From the NCBI RefSeq assembly GCF_006345805.1, contig NC_043024.1:9548001-9612000 (forward strand): a DNA stretch of 64,000 nt, written 5' to 3'. This DNA is from Octopus sinensis. Its lineage: Eukaryota. Every line of letters begins with the position of its first letter. Position 1 is the stretch's first letter. Position numbers and translations under genes: made by a program. The notes under the pieces are model-generated. The model was not told the DNA's origin, ran no database searches, and worked only from the letters and a program-made list of their open reading frames with translations. Shown here piece by piece: positions 11,875-24,851 of this stretch.

Positions 11875-12939
11875 AACGTACATCCAGTGACGACTGTGCA
11901 ATTACTGTGGATGACACCAGGTAGCCATAGACAGTGAACGTGCTTTGTCGGCAATGTACAAGGGAGATGGCCAAAAAGCAGTAACTTAGCGGTTCGACAA
12001 AAGAGACCGATAGAATAAGTACTAGGCTTCCAAAGAATAAGTCCCGGGGTCGATTTGCTCGACTGAAAAGTGGTGCTCCAGCATGGCCACAGTCAAATGA
12101 CTGAAACAAGTAAAAGAGTAAAAGAGTATGGACCCATTATTTTGTTGTTTTTACATGAATCGCCACCCCCATTATGGCCCCTATTTTTACATGAATCATT
12201 ACCCCCATTTTCGCCCCACTTTTCTTCAACACCTCCTTGGAACTTTCCACCACCCCCAGGGGAGCAATACCAGCCACTTTGGGAACCACTGCTTTGGACT
12301 GAAATCAGGGAAATATTAGCATGTAGAGGATTATAATGTGGAGGCACAATGGCCCAGTGGTTAGGGCAGCGGACTCGTGGTTTTGATTCCCAGACCGGGC
12401 GTTGTGAGTGTTTATTGAGCAAAAACACCTAAAGCTCTATGAGGCTCCGGCAGGGGGTGGTGGCGAGCCCTGTTGTACTCTTTCGCCCCAACTTTCTCTC
12501 ACTCTCTCTTCCTGTTTCTTGAGTAACGCTGCGATGGACTGGCGTCCTGTCCAGATGGGGGTGGGGATACATACGGCACAGAAACCGGGGAACGCGGGCC
12601 CATGAGCCTGGCTAGACTTGAAAAGGGCACATAAATAAATAAATAAAAAGGATTATAATATCGTAGTGGAGGCACATGGCCTAGTGGTTAGAGCAGATCG
12701 CGGGTTCGAATCTCAGACCGGACGATGTGTGTGTTTATGAGCGAAACAACTAAGCTCCACGCGGCTCCGGCAGAAGGTAATGGCGAAACTTCTGCTGACT
12801 CTTTCGCCACAACTTTCTCTCACTCTTTCCTCCTGCATCTTGCAGCTCACCTGTAATGGACCAGCGTCCCATCCAGGTGGGGAACCTATATGCCAAGGAA
12901 ACCTGGAAACTGGCCCTTATGAGCCAGGCATGGCTCAAG

Positions 12940-13014
<75 letters not shown>

Positions 13015-13989
13015 GTGGGGGTACATGGTCTAGAATTACAGTCGAGGGGTCGTGGGTTCGAATCTCAGACTGGGCAATGTGTGTGTTTATGAGCGAAAAC
13101 ACCTAAGATCCACGTGGCTCCGGCAGAAGGTAATGGCAAACCTCTGCTGACTCTTTCGCCACAACTTTCTCTCACTCTTGCAGCTCACCTGCGATGGACC
13201 GGCGTCCTGTCCAGGTGGGGAACCTATATGCCAAGGAAACCGGGAAACCGGCCCTTATGAGCCAGGGATGGCTCGAAAAGGAAAAAAAATTATAATATTG
13301 TAGAATTGGGGCTGTGATAGGAAGAAGAGGCAAGCAGGCAGACAGGCAGACAGGCAAGCAGACAGGCAGGCAAGCAGGCAGGCAGAAAGACAAAAAGAAA
13401 GAGAGAAAAACAGAGTGAAAGAAAAGAAAGGAAAACGCAAGAAAGAAAAGAAAAAAAGTAAAATAAGAATGAAAGCAGAAAGAAAAAAATAGAAACATTA
13501 AGAGAATTATAAGCAAAAAAAAAAAAGAAACAAAAGAACCGAAAGCAATTCGGCGGTGCCCCAGCAAGGCCACAGCTCGTGAGCTGAAACTAGGTAAAAT
13601 GAAAAAAAAAAAATAATAATTCAGTGAGGCGGACTGACTGTGTGACACGCGCAAGAAGCTTAAATTATCCGGAACTTTTTAACAATAGGAACGATTACAT
13701 CAGCCTACACCGCCTAGTAGTCATCTGATGTTGTTGTTTATTCCCTGAACCAAAAAAAGAAGGGATCTTTTGTTGGGGCTCCTTAATGTTTTATATGGGT
13801 TACCTATCTGCCCTGATCTCTGCAGATTAGCCATCCCTAACCCTTCCCCCCCTTCGAACACCAGATTATTTAAGATAATCCTCCTGTGAAGGCCCTCCCA
13901 CCCACATACACACTTAGCCAGACAGAACCTCCCTGGCTCTGTTCTTTGACACAAAGACCACCACCTCCACCACCACCACCACCACCACC

Positions 13990-14131
13990 CTCGCCGTCGC
14001 CACCACCACCAGACTCGCGTTACGGAAAACAAGCACTTAAACCGAAACCACGTCGCCGTTTGTCTTAACAAAATCACACCTTCAATTACATTTCTATTTC
14101 TACATCGAATTTCACAACCCATAACCACAAG
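13990..14131 (+). promoter_or_regulatory. CpG-rich unique segment ending in donor AAG|GTAATG; candidate non-coding first exon of SNAP47
   Basis: The SNAP47 ATG exon has a strong acceptor at 21580-21581, so an upstream exon is required. An alternative CpG-rich candidate is about 15650-15812 (GAAG|GTATTT). Confidence 0.3.
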
Positions 14132-16413
14132 GTAATGCTTAATTAATTTATCATTTTAAATCCTTTAATTACCTCTTCCTATTAATTAATGTTCTCATCA
14201 ATATCTTTCTATTTTCTCTCTCCTTACTTCCAAAATCATTATTTTTATTATTTATATCCTATATCCTATATATCCCCTTTTCTCATTTCACTGCCTTTTC
14301 CTCCTTCTTCCCTTAATCTTTTATCAAAACCCCTACAAATTACAAACTGTTTTGTAATGTCCCACCCTTTAGATACCCCTTTGGCAAATAAAAAAAATCA
14401 TTATTACTATTATTAATTGTTTTTTCTTCTCATTACATGCTCCTTTATGTAACCCCTAATTGTATCGTCCCCGATTTTTGCATGTACCCTTAAAGCAGTG
14501 GTTGATAAAGAAAATACTATTATTAATATGTAATATGTATATTAGTACAGGACTGCCTGTTTTCTGAGAGGTGTCTCCGTATTTTATTAATTATAATAAT
14601 AATAATAATTAATGTATTTCTTTATTAATTACAAAGAGACTAAAAATAATTACTAAATGTTTCCGATTTCGACATAAGGCCAGAAATTGCAAGGGTTACA
14701 TATCGATCGCTAAAATTGACCCCTGTGTTTAACATTTACCTGGTATTTTGTTTTAACGATCCTGGAGGAATGAAAGGCAGTGCTAACCTCGACAGGATTT
14801 GAACTCGGAACATAAAAAAAAAGACTAAGAAGAAATACCACAAAGAATTTTTCTGACAAATCTAGCGATTCTGCCAAAATGGCTTAACATATTTTGGAGG
14901 AAGGGGTATGTTGGAGTATCTGTATGCGTGGCTGTAACCGTATAAATTACCTCCTGTTTTTACGATCTGAGTTCGAGTCTTGTCCAAGAGGAATCAGCTT
15001 TTTGGGGGGTTTTTTCCCCTCTTTAGCCCTACCTGGGGTCTTTAAATTGAAATACCGAACATGTGTCTGGAGGTGTGAGGGAGGGGAGAGAGAGAAAGAG
15101 AGAGAGATTCTTGTAGTCTTTCCTGAAACATGGAAGGAATTATATAAAAGAACTAAAAGATAAAAAAATACCATTCCCCCTGTATCTAGTTGGCATTTTC
15201 TTTCATCAAACATAAAACCCACAATAAATAAATAAGTTGAACTTGGCCGGATTTGAACTTACAATGTAAAGGGACTTAACTAAATCCCTAAAGGCGTCTT
15301 TGCCCACCACCCTATCGAGAGCACTGCCCCATAGCTAATTTAACTCTTTAATTAAAATTCTTTTTAAGTTGTTATCTTACACATTCCTTTATCAAATATA
15401 TTTTTAATGAGGCAAAACTAATTTTTCCGTGTCCGAAAATTATTAAAATTATGTTTTTCGCCACCGACATCGAATTAGAAACGTTTTTCTTTTAATTAAT
15501 TTTCGTAATTAAATCATTTGTTACATTTGTTAATATGATTTCTCATAATTCAAGCAGCTAACCTCGTGTTTCGAGATACTATATAGATTATAGATATAGA
15601 TATATATTTCCGATAAAAAAATATATATATATATATATATATATATTTGTCCATCTACGTCACGATCCATTTGATGTTAGCTGTTCGTCATGAGATGTTT
15701 CATTCCTGGAAATCTCTACGTTTCCGACTTGACCCTTGATTCGAACTAGGAACCTTTATTTCTAAATGTGTGATAATGACATTCTAGTTCGCCGAGCCAC
15801 GGGCGATTGAAGGTATTTAGGGAGAAACAATAAATTTGGTGGTGATCGGAGATCGAATGGATCGAGACAGGAAGTTAGCACAGATATATATTATATAATG
15901 TATGTATATATTTTATGCGCCTGTACACGTATATGTGTACACACACACGCGCGTATATAGATATATACACTCTTTTACTTGTTTCAGTCATTTGACTGCG
16001 GCCATGCTGGAGCACCGCCTTTAGTCGAGCAAATCGGCCTGAGGACTTATTCCTTGGAAGCCTAGTACTTATTTTTATCGGTCCTTTTTTGCCGAACCGC
16101 TAAGTTAGAGGGACGTAAATACACCGACATCGGTTGTCAAGCGATGTTGGTGGTGGTGGGGGGTGACAAACACAGACACACAAACATATACGCACATACA
16201 TATTTATATTCACATATACGACGGGCTTCTTTCAGTTTCCGTCTACCAAATCCACTCACAAGGCTTTGGTCGGCCTGAGGCTATAGTAGAAGACACTTGC
16301 CCAAGGTGCCACGCAGAGGGAATGAACCTGGAACCATGTGGTTGGTAAGCAAGCTACTTACCACACAGCCACTCATATATATATATATATATATATATTT
16401 ATTATATAGAAGG

Positions 16414-16464
16414 AGCTTCTACAGGACTAGAACTGTTTCATTCAAGAGAAATCTTCAGGAAGCT
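16414..16464 (-). ncRNA. minimal type I hammerhead ribozyme
   Basis: Minus strand AGCTTC CTGAAGA TTTC-TCTT-GAAT GAAA CAG-TTCTAGTC-CTG T A GAAGCT: 6-bp stem I, 4-bp stem III with CTAG-centred semi-palindrome, GUA triplet; 10.1-11.1 is U-U. Lies in a ~100-bp insert between (TA)n tracts. Confidence 0.75.
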
Positions 16465-16498
16465 AGTTAACAAGAATTGTATTGGCATTTATACATTT

Positions 16499-16540
<42 letters not shown>

Positions 16541-17368
16541 CTGTGTGTGTGGATTGTATGTACATATATTCTTATTCTTTTATGCGTTTTAGCCTAAAGG
16601 CTGTAGCCATGCTGGAGCAGTGTATGTTAAAAATAAATGTTTTGTTTTGAATACATAGCAACAACAAACATTGACAAAATAAAGAACTCAATACTTATGT
16701 AGAGTTGAATATAATTTTGCTGACAGTGACTTCGAAGTGTTTTTACTGGTAGTTTATTCAAACTACATACATACATACAATCATACATACATGCATGCAT
16801 AGCCAAGTCATTAGTGTAGTTTTTGTTATATTTGTTCCAGCTAGGGCGGCAAGCTGGCAGAAACGTGAGCACGCCGGGCGAAATGCTTAGCATTATTTCG
16901 TCTGCCGTTACGTTCTGAGTTCAAATTCTGCCGAGGTCGACGTTGCCTTTCATCCTTTCGGGGTCGATAAATTAAGTACCAGTTATGCAATGGGGTCGAT
17001 ACAATCAACTTAATCCCTTTGTCTGTCCTTGTTTGTCCTCTCTGTGTTTAGCCCCTTTTGGGTAGTAAAGAAATAGGTATTTCGCCTGCAGTTACGTTCT
17101 GAGTTCAAATTCCACCGAGGTCAACTTTGCCTTTCTTCCTTTCGGGGTCGATAAATTAAGTACCAGTTGTGTACTGAGGTCGAGCTAATTTAGGTCTTTG
17201 TGCCTAGAGTATAAAAGAATATTTCTTCCAGCTCCCTGCATTCTGATTTCAAATCCCACTGAGACATAATACCCTTCATCTTTCTGAGTTCAATAAATAC
17301 TGAACTAGTCCTGTCCAGGGCTTCGTACTTCTTCTTCTTCTTCTTCCCCTCCTCCTCCTCCTCCTCCT

Positions 17369-17402
<34 letters not shown>

Positions 17403-17475
17403 ACCTTTACAACTTTATCTGAAGTTGAGAACCAAAGAAGGAAAAATACACAAATGCATATGCGCGCACACACAC

Positions 17476-17514
<39 letters not shown>

Positions 17515-17799
17515 AAGAGTGTGTGTATGTGTTTGGTGGCAAAAGATTGCCACCAACCTCTTTACTGAATGTAATGAGAACATTTTATCATGATTTATCA
17601 TGGTACCAACACTAGAGGTGTCATCATATCTCTGACAAGACTTTGGGGCCCTTTCCACTTTGTACCATTTTCATTAAAGACACTGTGATCTAGAAGAACG
17701 GAATAGAGGAGAGAGATGACCATAGGATGAGTGAGTGAGGGAGAAGAACAAAAAAAGTGTGATGAGGGTTGAGAGTATGCCAGAAGAATAATTAGTTTC

Positions 17800-19010
17800 A
17801 GGTGTGGAAGCATGGTCTAGAATCGAAGGGTCTTAGAGTTAACCTAGTAAAAACCAAAGTCTTAATAAGAAGGAAGGCAGACAAATCACAAGTCCTTTCA
17901 GGTAGATGGCCCTGCTCGATCTGTAGAAAAGACATGGGTAGAAACTCCATAAGTTTCACCTGGTGTAAGCTTTGGACACACAAAAGGTGCAGCAATATCA
18001 GAGCAAGGTTAACAGGGAAACTAGCTTTTGTATGTGGGAGATGCACAGGTACAATAAATGCTGAAAATGTGCAGAAAATAGATTCCATCAACTGCCAGGT
18101 GTGTAAGCTAGAGGTAGTAGATAGCTTTCGTTATGTAGGTGACCAAGTTAGTAGTGGAGGTGGATGCCCTGAGAGTCTAGCTGTGAAAATAAGATTAGGC
18201 TGGGCAAAGTTCAGAGAGCTCCTACCTCTGCTGGCCTCTCTCTCAGAGTGAAAGGCAGATTGTATGATGCCTGTGACAGTTGAGGACATGCGTAGGCTTG
18301 AAAGAAACGAAACCAGTATGCTTCACTGGATGTGAAATGTCAGTGTGCATGTTTGAAAGAGTGTAAGCATCTTCAGAGAAACATTAAGCATAAAAGGCAT
18401 CAGATGGTGTGCAAGAGAGATGAGTGTGGTGGTATGGTCATGTGATGTGTATGAATGAGGACAGCTGTGTAAAGAAATGCTGATCTTTAACTGTGGAGGG
18501 AACCTGTGGTAGAGGTAGACCCAGGAAGACATGGGATGAAGTGGTGAAGCATGATCTTCGAACTTTGGTCCTCACAGATACAATGACTAGTGACCGAGAC
18601 CTTTGGCGATATGCTGTGCTTGAAAAGACCCATCAAGCCAAGTGAAATCATAGTCGTGGCTGATGCCAGTGTCACCTAACTGGCACCTGTGCCTGAAGCA
18701 GGTAAAGACCATCTTTCGAGGCATTGGGCCTCACAGAGACAAAGCAGCTGACTTTCTTTCAAGTGTCAGGCCTCACGGAAACAAAGTGGCTGAATTCCTT
18801 TTGAGTGTTGGGCCTCAGGGAGGCAGTGACCGAGACCTTTGGCATTATGTTGTGTTTGAGAAGATGACCCATCAAGCAAAGCAAAATCACAGTTGTGGCA
18901 GGGAATTATGTCATGCAAATGGCTCCCATGGTGGTGACACGACACATCACACTCTCAGAGTGGTTGGTCTTAGGAAGGGCATGACCTTGCAGGTGGGGAC
19001 CAGTTAGAAT
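17800..19010 (+). mobile_element. 5'-truncated, decayed RTE-clade LINE (end of RT, PHD-like insertion, C-terminus, 3' UTR)
   Basis: ORF 17802-18251: WKHGLESKGLRVNLVKTKV..CSIC..H..C..CGRC..FRYVGD; frameshifted continuation with RGRPRKTWDEVVKHDL; 3' UTR with the GGAAGGGCAT tail shared with family D. Confidence 0.88.
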
Positions 19011-20499
19011 TTTCTTCTAGTCAAATAGCCCATCCTGCTTAAAAGGCCGCTGAATAAAGGTTGTTTAAAGATGATGAACAAAACACCAATGTTTCTAGAG
19101 ATGAATTATTCAAATCACAAAGAATTCCTCTTAACACATGGCTATGATGCTCCCCCACAGGCAGCAAGCTGGCAGGATTGTTAGCCTGTGGAAAAAGGCA
19201 GTGAGCTGGCAGAAACGATAGCACGCCGGGTGAAATGCTTAGCGGTATTTCATCTACCGCTACGTTCTGAGTTCAAATTCCGCCGAGGTTGACTTTGCCT
19301 TTCATCCTTTCGAGGTCGATAAATTAAGTACCAGTTATGCACTGAGGTCAATGTAATCAACTTAATCCCTTTGTCTGTCCTTGTTTGTTCCCTCTATGTT
19401 TAGCCCCTTGTGGGTAATAAAGAAATTGGATTGTTAGCATGCTGCACAAAATGCTTAGCAGTATTTCGTTCATCACTATGTTCTGAGTTCAATTTCCGTC
19501 AAGAGCAACTCTGCCTTTCATCCTTTCAGGGTTTATAAATTAATGTAATCGACTTAGCTCCTCCCCCAAATGTCTGCCCTTGTGGAAAAATTTGAAACCA
19601 TTGTTATTATTGAGTGAAAGAGCAGCGCATGCTGTCAAAGTGACACTTTGATAGCAAACATACGCAGCCCAGTATACCCATCATGACTAACCGTCTGATA
19701 AGGGTACACCAGGTACATGCATCACAACCATATGTATGTAACCTGGTGATTTCATATCAAGATAAACAGTGCATGACCTTGCAGGTGGGACCCAGTTAAA
19801 ATATTCTTCAAAGTCGAGTAGCCCATCCCGCTCATAAAGTCCCTGAATAAGGTTTGTTTAAGGATGTTGAATGGAATACCCATGTTTCCAGAGGTGAATT
19901 ATTCAAACCCCAAAGAATTTCCTCTCAGCACATGGCTATGATGCTCCCCCACTACTTCTGCTTGTGATCAAAGATGCACATATCGTCAGCCACTAAAGGA
20001 CATGCTCAACTGTTTAAGGTCAAGCAACTGACAAGCAAATCTGTGGTATTGAGCAGAATATTTGCTGTAGCCCATCTTTTATACCAAGACAAAACAATGT
20101 ACATGATAACACTTCCAATCAGTCGAGATCAGAAGCCACGAGAACCACTGCCTAGTGTTGTTATTAGAATTTGTATTAATATCATCATCATAAAACATCA
20201 TAATTAATTAAAGAAGGTTTTATTAAAGGCTTTCCACCCATGCCTATCTCACCTTATTTAAGGTCGTCTAGGATTACATTATCCGTCATCCTTTTATTTT
20301 GTGATGGTAAGTTGTAATTTGAGGAAGATTTGGTGAATCCCCACCTTACTCTCTTAAAATGAGAAGGACCATTCATCATGGATGTACAAAAGATAGCTGG
20401 AATGTTTTTTTGCTTTGAGCCTGTCCCATCAGAGCTGCTGATCTGACCCTTAACAGCAATAACAACAACAAACTAAAGAGGGACCTTCCGAGGATGTGC

Positions 20500-20691
20500 C
20501 TTCACCATCTCTCTCTCTCTCCCTCCATCTCTCTCTCTCACCATCTCTCTCTCTCACCATCTCTCTCTCTCTCTCTCTCCATCTCTCTCTCTCCATCTTT
20601 CTCTCTCCATCTCCTCTCTCTCTCTCCATCTCTCTCTTCCTCTCTCCTCTCTCTCTCTCTCCATCTCCATCTCTCCATCTCTCTCTTCTCT

Positions 20692-20748
<57 letters not shown>
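20500..20748. repeat. (CT)n-rich polypyrimidine tract
   Basis: Direct reading; a complementary (GA)-rich tract of about 800 bp is at 43820-44630. Confidence 0.95.
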
Positions 20749-20750
<2 letters not shown>

Positions 20751-21259
20751 AATGTATTCCCTTCTTCAGCAAGCTACTTCCTTTTGTCCCTTTATCATAC
20801 TTCCATATAAAACCCCTCTATTTTACACCCAACTCAATTGAGGAATCTTGTCTTGCAGGTACTTGTTACCCTCGGTAGTACCGGTGCCATGAAAAAACAA
20901 AACTACTCAGCAGATTCTGCAAAATGGTCAGCATTAGGGGGGGGGGAGGCGTCCAACCATAGAGATTATCCCTGTCAAAGCATTGGAGCTTGGTGTCATC
21001 CCCTGGCTTATCAGTTCCTCTCAAACCATCCAACTCATGGGACAGCATGGAAAGAATTGGGGTGGGGTTGGTTAAATAATGTTAACCTTGCGCAGGAGTG
21101 GCTGTGTGGTAACTAGCTTGCTTACCAACCACATGGTTCCAGGTTCAGTCCCACTGCGTGGCACCTTGGGCAAGTGTCTTCTACTATAGCCTCGGGCCGA
21201 CAAAAGCCTTGTGAGTGGATTTGGTAGACGGAAACTGAAAGAAGCCCGTCGAATATATG

Positions 21260-21290
<31 letters not shown>

Positions 21291-21601
21291 TTGTGTGTCT
21301 GTGTTTGTCCCCCTAGCATTGTTTGACAACCGATGCTGGTGTGTTTATGTCCCTGTTACTTAGCAGTTCGGCAAAAGACACCGATAGAATAAGTACTGGT
21401 CTTACAAAAGAATAAGTCCCGGGGTCGATTTGCTCAACTAAAGGCGGTGCTCCAGCATGACCGCAGTCAAATGACTGAAACAAGTAAAAGAGTAAAGAGT
21501 TGCAATGTTGTTGTTATATATTTTTTTTTTTTTTTTAAATTTAATTTAATTTAATTTTTTTTTTTTTTTTTTTTATTGCAGGTATTTTGACCGCTACCGA
21601 G

Positions 21602-22573
21602 ATGTCTGCAACAGGGTTTTATATCCGAGAATGGTACGCCTCGTATTACTGCAACAAGACATCCCAATGGCTCTACGGCAAACTTGTTGCTGACCCAACC
21701 CAGATTGTCTTTAAAGAAAATGACACAAAGAAGAAGAAGCTTATACACCCCTGACGTTAGTTATTCCTTTTGGCAAAGTGGAAACCATAAAGAAAATGAG
21801 ATCGACCGTTATCTTCAGTTCTTTGGTGATTACATTAAACAACAGCCAAGACATACATTGGTTTTCGTCGTTTACAGACCGCAGTGCCGTTTGTTTAACC
21901 TTGAACCATTTCTTAAGATTTGGGCTGTTTAGCAAAGACGCCAAGGACCAGCCAGCGCTCAAAGAGAGCACAGAACTCGGCACGGAACTCTTGAAAGTTA
22001 CTCACGATTCTGAAAGGACTTTGGCACAGGCGGCCGAGAAACTGGAATCGCAAGGCGAACAAATTGATAATTGCATCGCAGTCATGTACGACATCGAAGA
22101 AGACCTTGATGTGTCAGAGAATTTAATTAAAGGGTTACAGTCTTGGTTCGGTCAGCTGACCACAACGCAGAAAACCAACGACGTGGTCGACCCAGTGGTC
22201 ATCACCAACAAAGACATTCCAGATGTCCATGAATATGAAGTGCTTTATTACAAGATGGACGAAGACAGGTGCCCCTTACACTCTCTGTGTGATGGAATTC
22301 TTAGAATCAGTCGCGAGGCTTTCACCCTCACCACACCACTGCAAGCTGTTGTTGAAAATTATTCTTGGTCAGAAATTTCCCGAGTTTATGCTGTCACTCC
22401 CTGGGAACTTCATATTAGCCATTTCTGTCTTGGAAAACCTGATGTGAATTACACCATTATTTCTGCTCACATTCATAAATTTGTCAAAAGACTGGCTACC
22501 CGCCTTAAGGACAGATTTGAGTTCATGGAGTCAAGCCAAACAGAGAGTTTATGCTCTGATCTTCCAATTAAAA
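21602..22573 (+). CDS. SNAP47: SNAP47-like synaptosomal-associated protein, coding exon 1 (PH-like region, Qb SNARE motif, linker); one-base frameshift at about 21724-21751
   Basis: Acceptor (T)nATTGCAG at 21581. MSATGFYIREWYASYYCNKTSQWLYGKL.. then, in the -1 frame, PLTLVIPFGKVETIKK..IFSSL..IHWFSSF..ESQGEQID..EEDLDVSENL..VTPWELHISHFCLGKPDVNYTIISA. These align by eye with human SNAP47 motifs (IHTWPCTYY, IFSSI, KHWFSSL, HQGQQLD, ESDLEVADRL, SPYEI..FIGKPDMAYRLISA). Phase-1 donor A|GTAAG at 22574. Confidence 0.92.
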
Positions 22574-22759
22574 GTAAGCTTTGTTTTTTATATATTCTTC
22601 TATTTATTCCTGCCTGTCACTTCTGGTCATATTGGAGCACACCACCATCTTTGTTTTTGGTTTTCTTTTATTGTTATTCTTTTCACTTTCTGAGTTTGAA
22701 TTCCTCTCCTGCCAAAATTTCAGGCCTTGTGCCTAATTAATCGGGTTGTACACGATGGA

Positions 22760-23775
22760 ATCATACCCATGATTGGTATAACGGCACCATAGTCAATTAC
22801 TACAAAGGTAAAGGTGATGCCTTAGATAGAAATAATTACAAAGGTACCAAATTATTGGATCAGGTGATGAAAGTTACTGAGAGGGTCATAGCCCAACTAA
22901 TTAGGGACTGGGTTAGTCTACATGAGATGCACTTTGGTTCTGTGCTAGGGAGAAGCACCACTGGTGCTATATTTCCAGTAAGGCAGCTGCAGGCGAAGTA
23001 CCTAGCCAAAGACAAATCTCTGTACTTGACTTATGTTGACATGGAGAAACCCTTTGACAGGGTCCTTCAATCTCTTATCTTGTGGTCAGTGTGAAAACTA
23101 GGGATAGATGAGTGGTTGGTGAGAATTGTACAAGCCATGTACAGGGACGCTGTCAGTAAGGTGAGGGTTGGCAACGAGTATAGAGATGAATTCAGGGTAT
23201 AAGTAGGGGCTCACCAATGATCAGTCCTCGGCCTTCTCTTGTTCATCATAGTTCTCTGGGCAATAAAAGAGGAATTTAAGATGGACTGTCCCTGGGGGCT
23301 CCTTGATGCTGATGACCTTGTTCTTGCAGCTGAATCATTACCAGAATTACAGAAGAAATTTCAGTTGTGGAAGCATGGTCTAGAATCAAAAGGCCTTAGA
23401 GTTAATCTAGCAAAAACCAAAGTCTTAGTAAGTAGGAAAGCAGACAAATCACAAATCCCTTCAGGTAGATGGCTCTGCTCAATCTGTAGGAAAGGCATAG
23501 GCAGAAATTCCATAAGATGTACCCAGTGCAAGCTATGGACGCATAAGAGATGCAGCAATATCAGAGGAAGGTTAACTGGGAAAATAGGCTTTCTATGTGG
23601 AAAATGCATAGGTACAATAAACTCTAAAAATGTACAGAAAATAGACTCCATCAACTGCCAGGGGAGTAAGCTAAAGGTAGTATATAGCTTCCGTTATCTA
23701 AGTGACCAAGTCAGTAACAGAGGTGGATGCTCCGAGAGTGTAGATGTAAGAATAAGCATACGTCAGGCAAAGTTC
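22760..23775 (+). mobile_element. decayed RTE-clade LINE RT fragment inside the SNAP47 intron
   Basis: RT motifs STTGAIFPVRQLQ, YVDMEKPFD, (Y>D)ADDL, GLRVNLAKTK, FRYL; in-frame stops present; same C4HC3 insertion as the 17.8 kb copy. Confidence 0.9.
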
Positions 23776-24851
23776 AGAATCTATCTGTATTATATTGAGA
23801 GATAAAAAGGATTCAGAGAAGGAAAAATAATAAAACAGAGAGAGAAAGAAAAGAATTATATATATATGTATGTATACGGGTGTGTAAATTATTTGAGAAC
23901 ATATTTATGTTTATAAAAAAAAAAACAGCTATATAATAACAGATAATACCTTTATTTATCCCTCAATTTGGATTTGCCAGCCTCTCCTGGCACGTAAAAA
24001 GCACCTACTACACTCACGGAGTGGTTGGCATTAGGAAGGGCATCCAGCCGTAGAAACACTGCCAGATCAGACTGGGCCTGGTGCAGCCTCCTGGCTTCCC
24101 AGATCCCAGTCGAACTGTCCATCCATGCTAGCATGGAGAACGGACGTTAAACGATGATGATGATGATTATGAAAACATCCTATGAGGATAAAAATGAACC
24201 TTCTTTTCTATAATGTTATTCAATGAAGCCACCTTCAGCTTCAACAACTGCTTCTATATGAGATCTAAATCATTTACATGCTCGAATCAAGTGGTCCTGG
24301 TTCATTTTGGACATTACTCTGACTATGGCAGCTTTCAAAGAATCTTTGGTGTTATGGGCGTGTTCATTGACCTCTCAACAATGCTCCACATGGATTGAGG
24401 TTTGAGAAATTAGGAGGCCAAATGTTAGGGGCTGTGGTGATCATGAAACTTTTCAGCCATCCATTCCTGTGTTACTAGAGCCATGTGTGATAGTGCAGAG
24501 TCTTACTGAAACACATATGGCCTTCCATTGCATACACTGTCTATCCAGAGTTTAACAATTATTTCCAGGACCTCAATGTAGGCCTACATTGAGGTCCTTA
24601 GAGTTAACTCTAAGGCCTTGGTAAGTATTGGAAAATATTACCTTATTTGGATATAGGTGAGGGTTAGCAACAGGAAGAGTATCCTGCTGTAGAAAATAGA
24701 CCTCAACAAAATTCTGTCTGACCCATGCAAGCATGGAAAAGTGAATGTGAAAATGATGATGATGATGATGATGATGATTGAACGCTATTTTTCTTCTTAT
24801 GGTGTTGTTTTTTTTTTTGTCTTTGTTATATTTGTCTTTCTTTTTACTTAG

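Noticed and set aside
13886-14068. Proline-rich 60-aa ORF
   Set aside because: Driven by a (CCA)n repeat, starts at GTG, no recognisable homology; more likely UTR or promoter sequence.
21709-21760. Canonical -1 slippery heptamer TTTAAAG, or A-to-I stop recoding, as an explanation of the SNAP47 break
   Set aside because: The heptamer is out of phase and upstream of the -1 frame stop at 21721. Editing TGA to TGG would meet TAG two codons later and would not change frame.
22574-22740. Extension of the 320-aa ORF past LPIK
   Set aside because: Read-through into the intron after the GTAAG donor; hydrophobic low-complexity sequence with no SNAP47 similarity.
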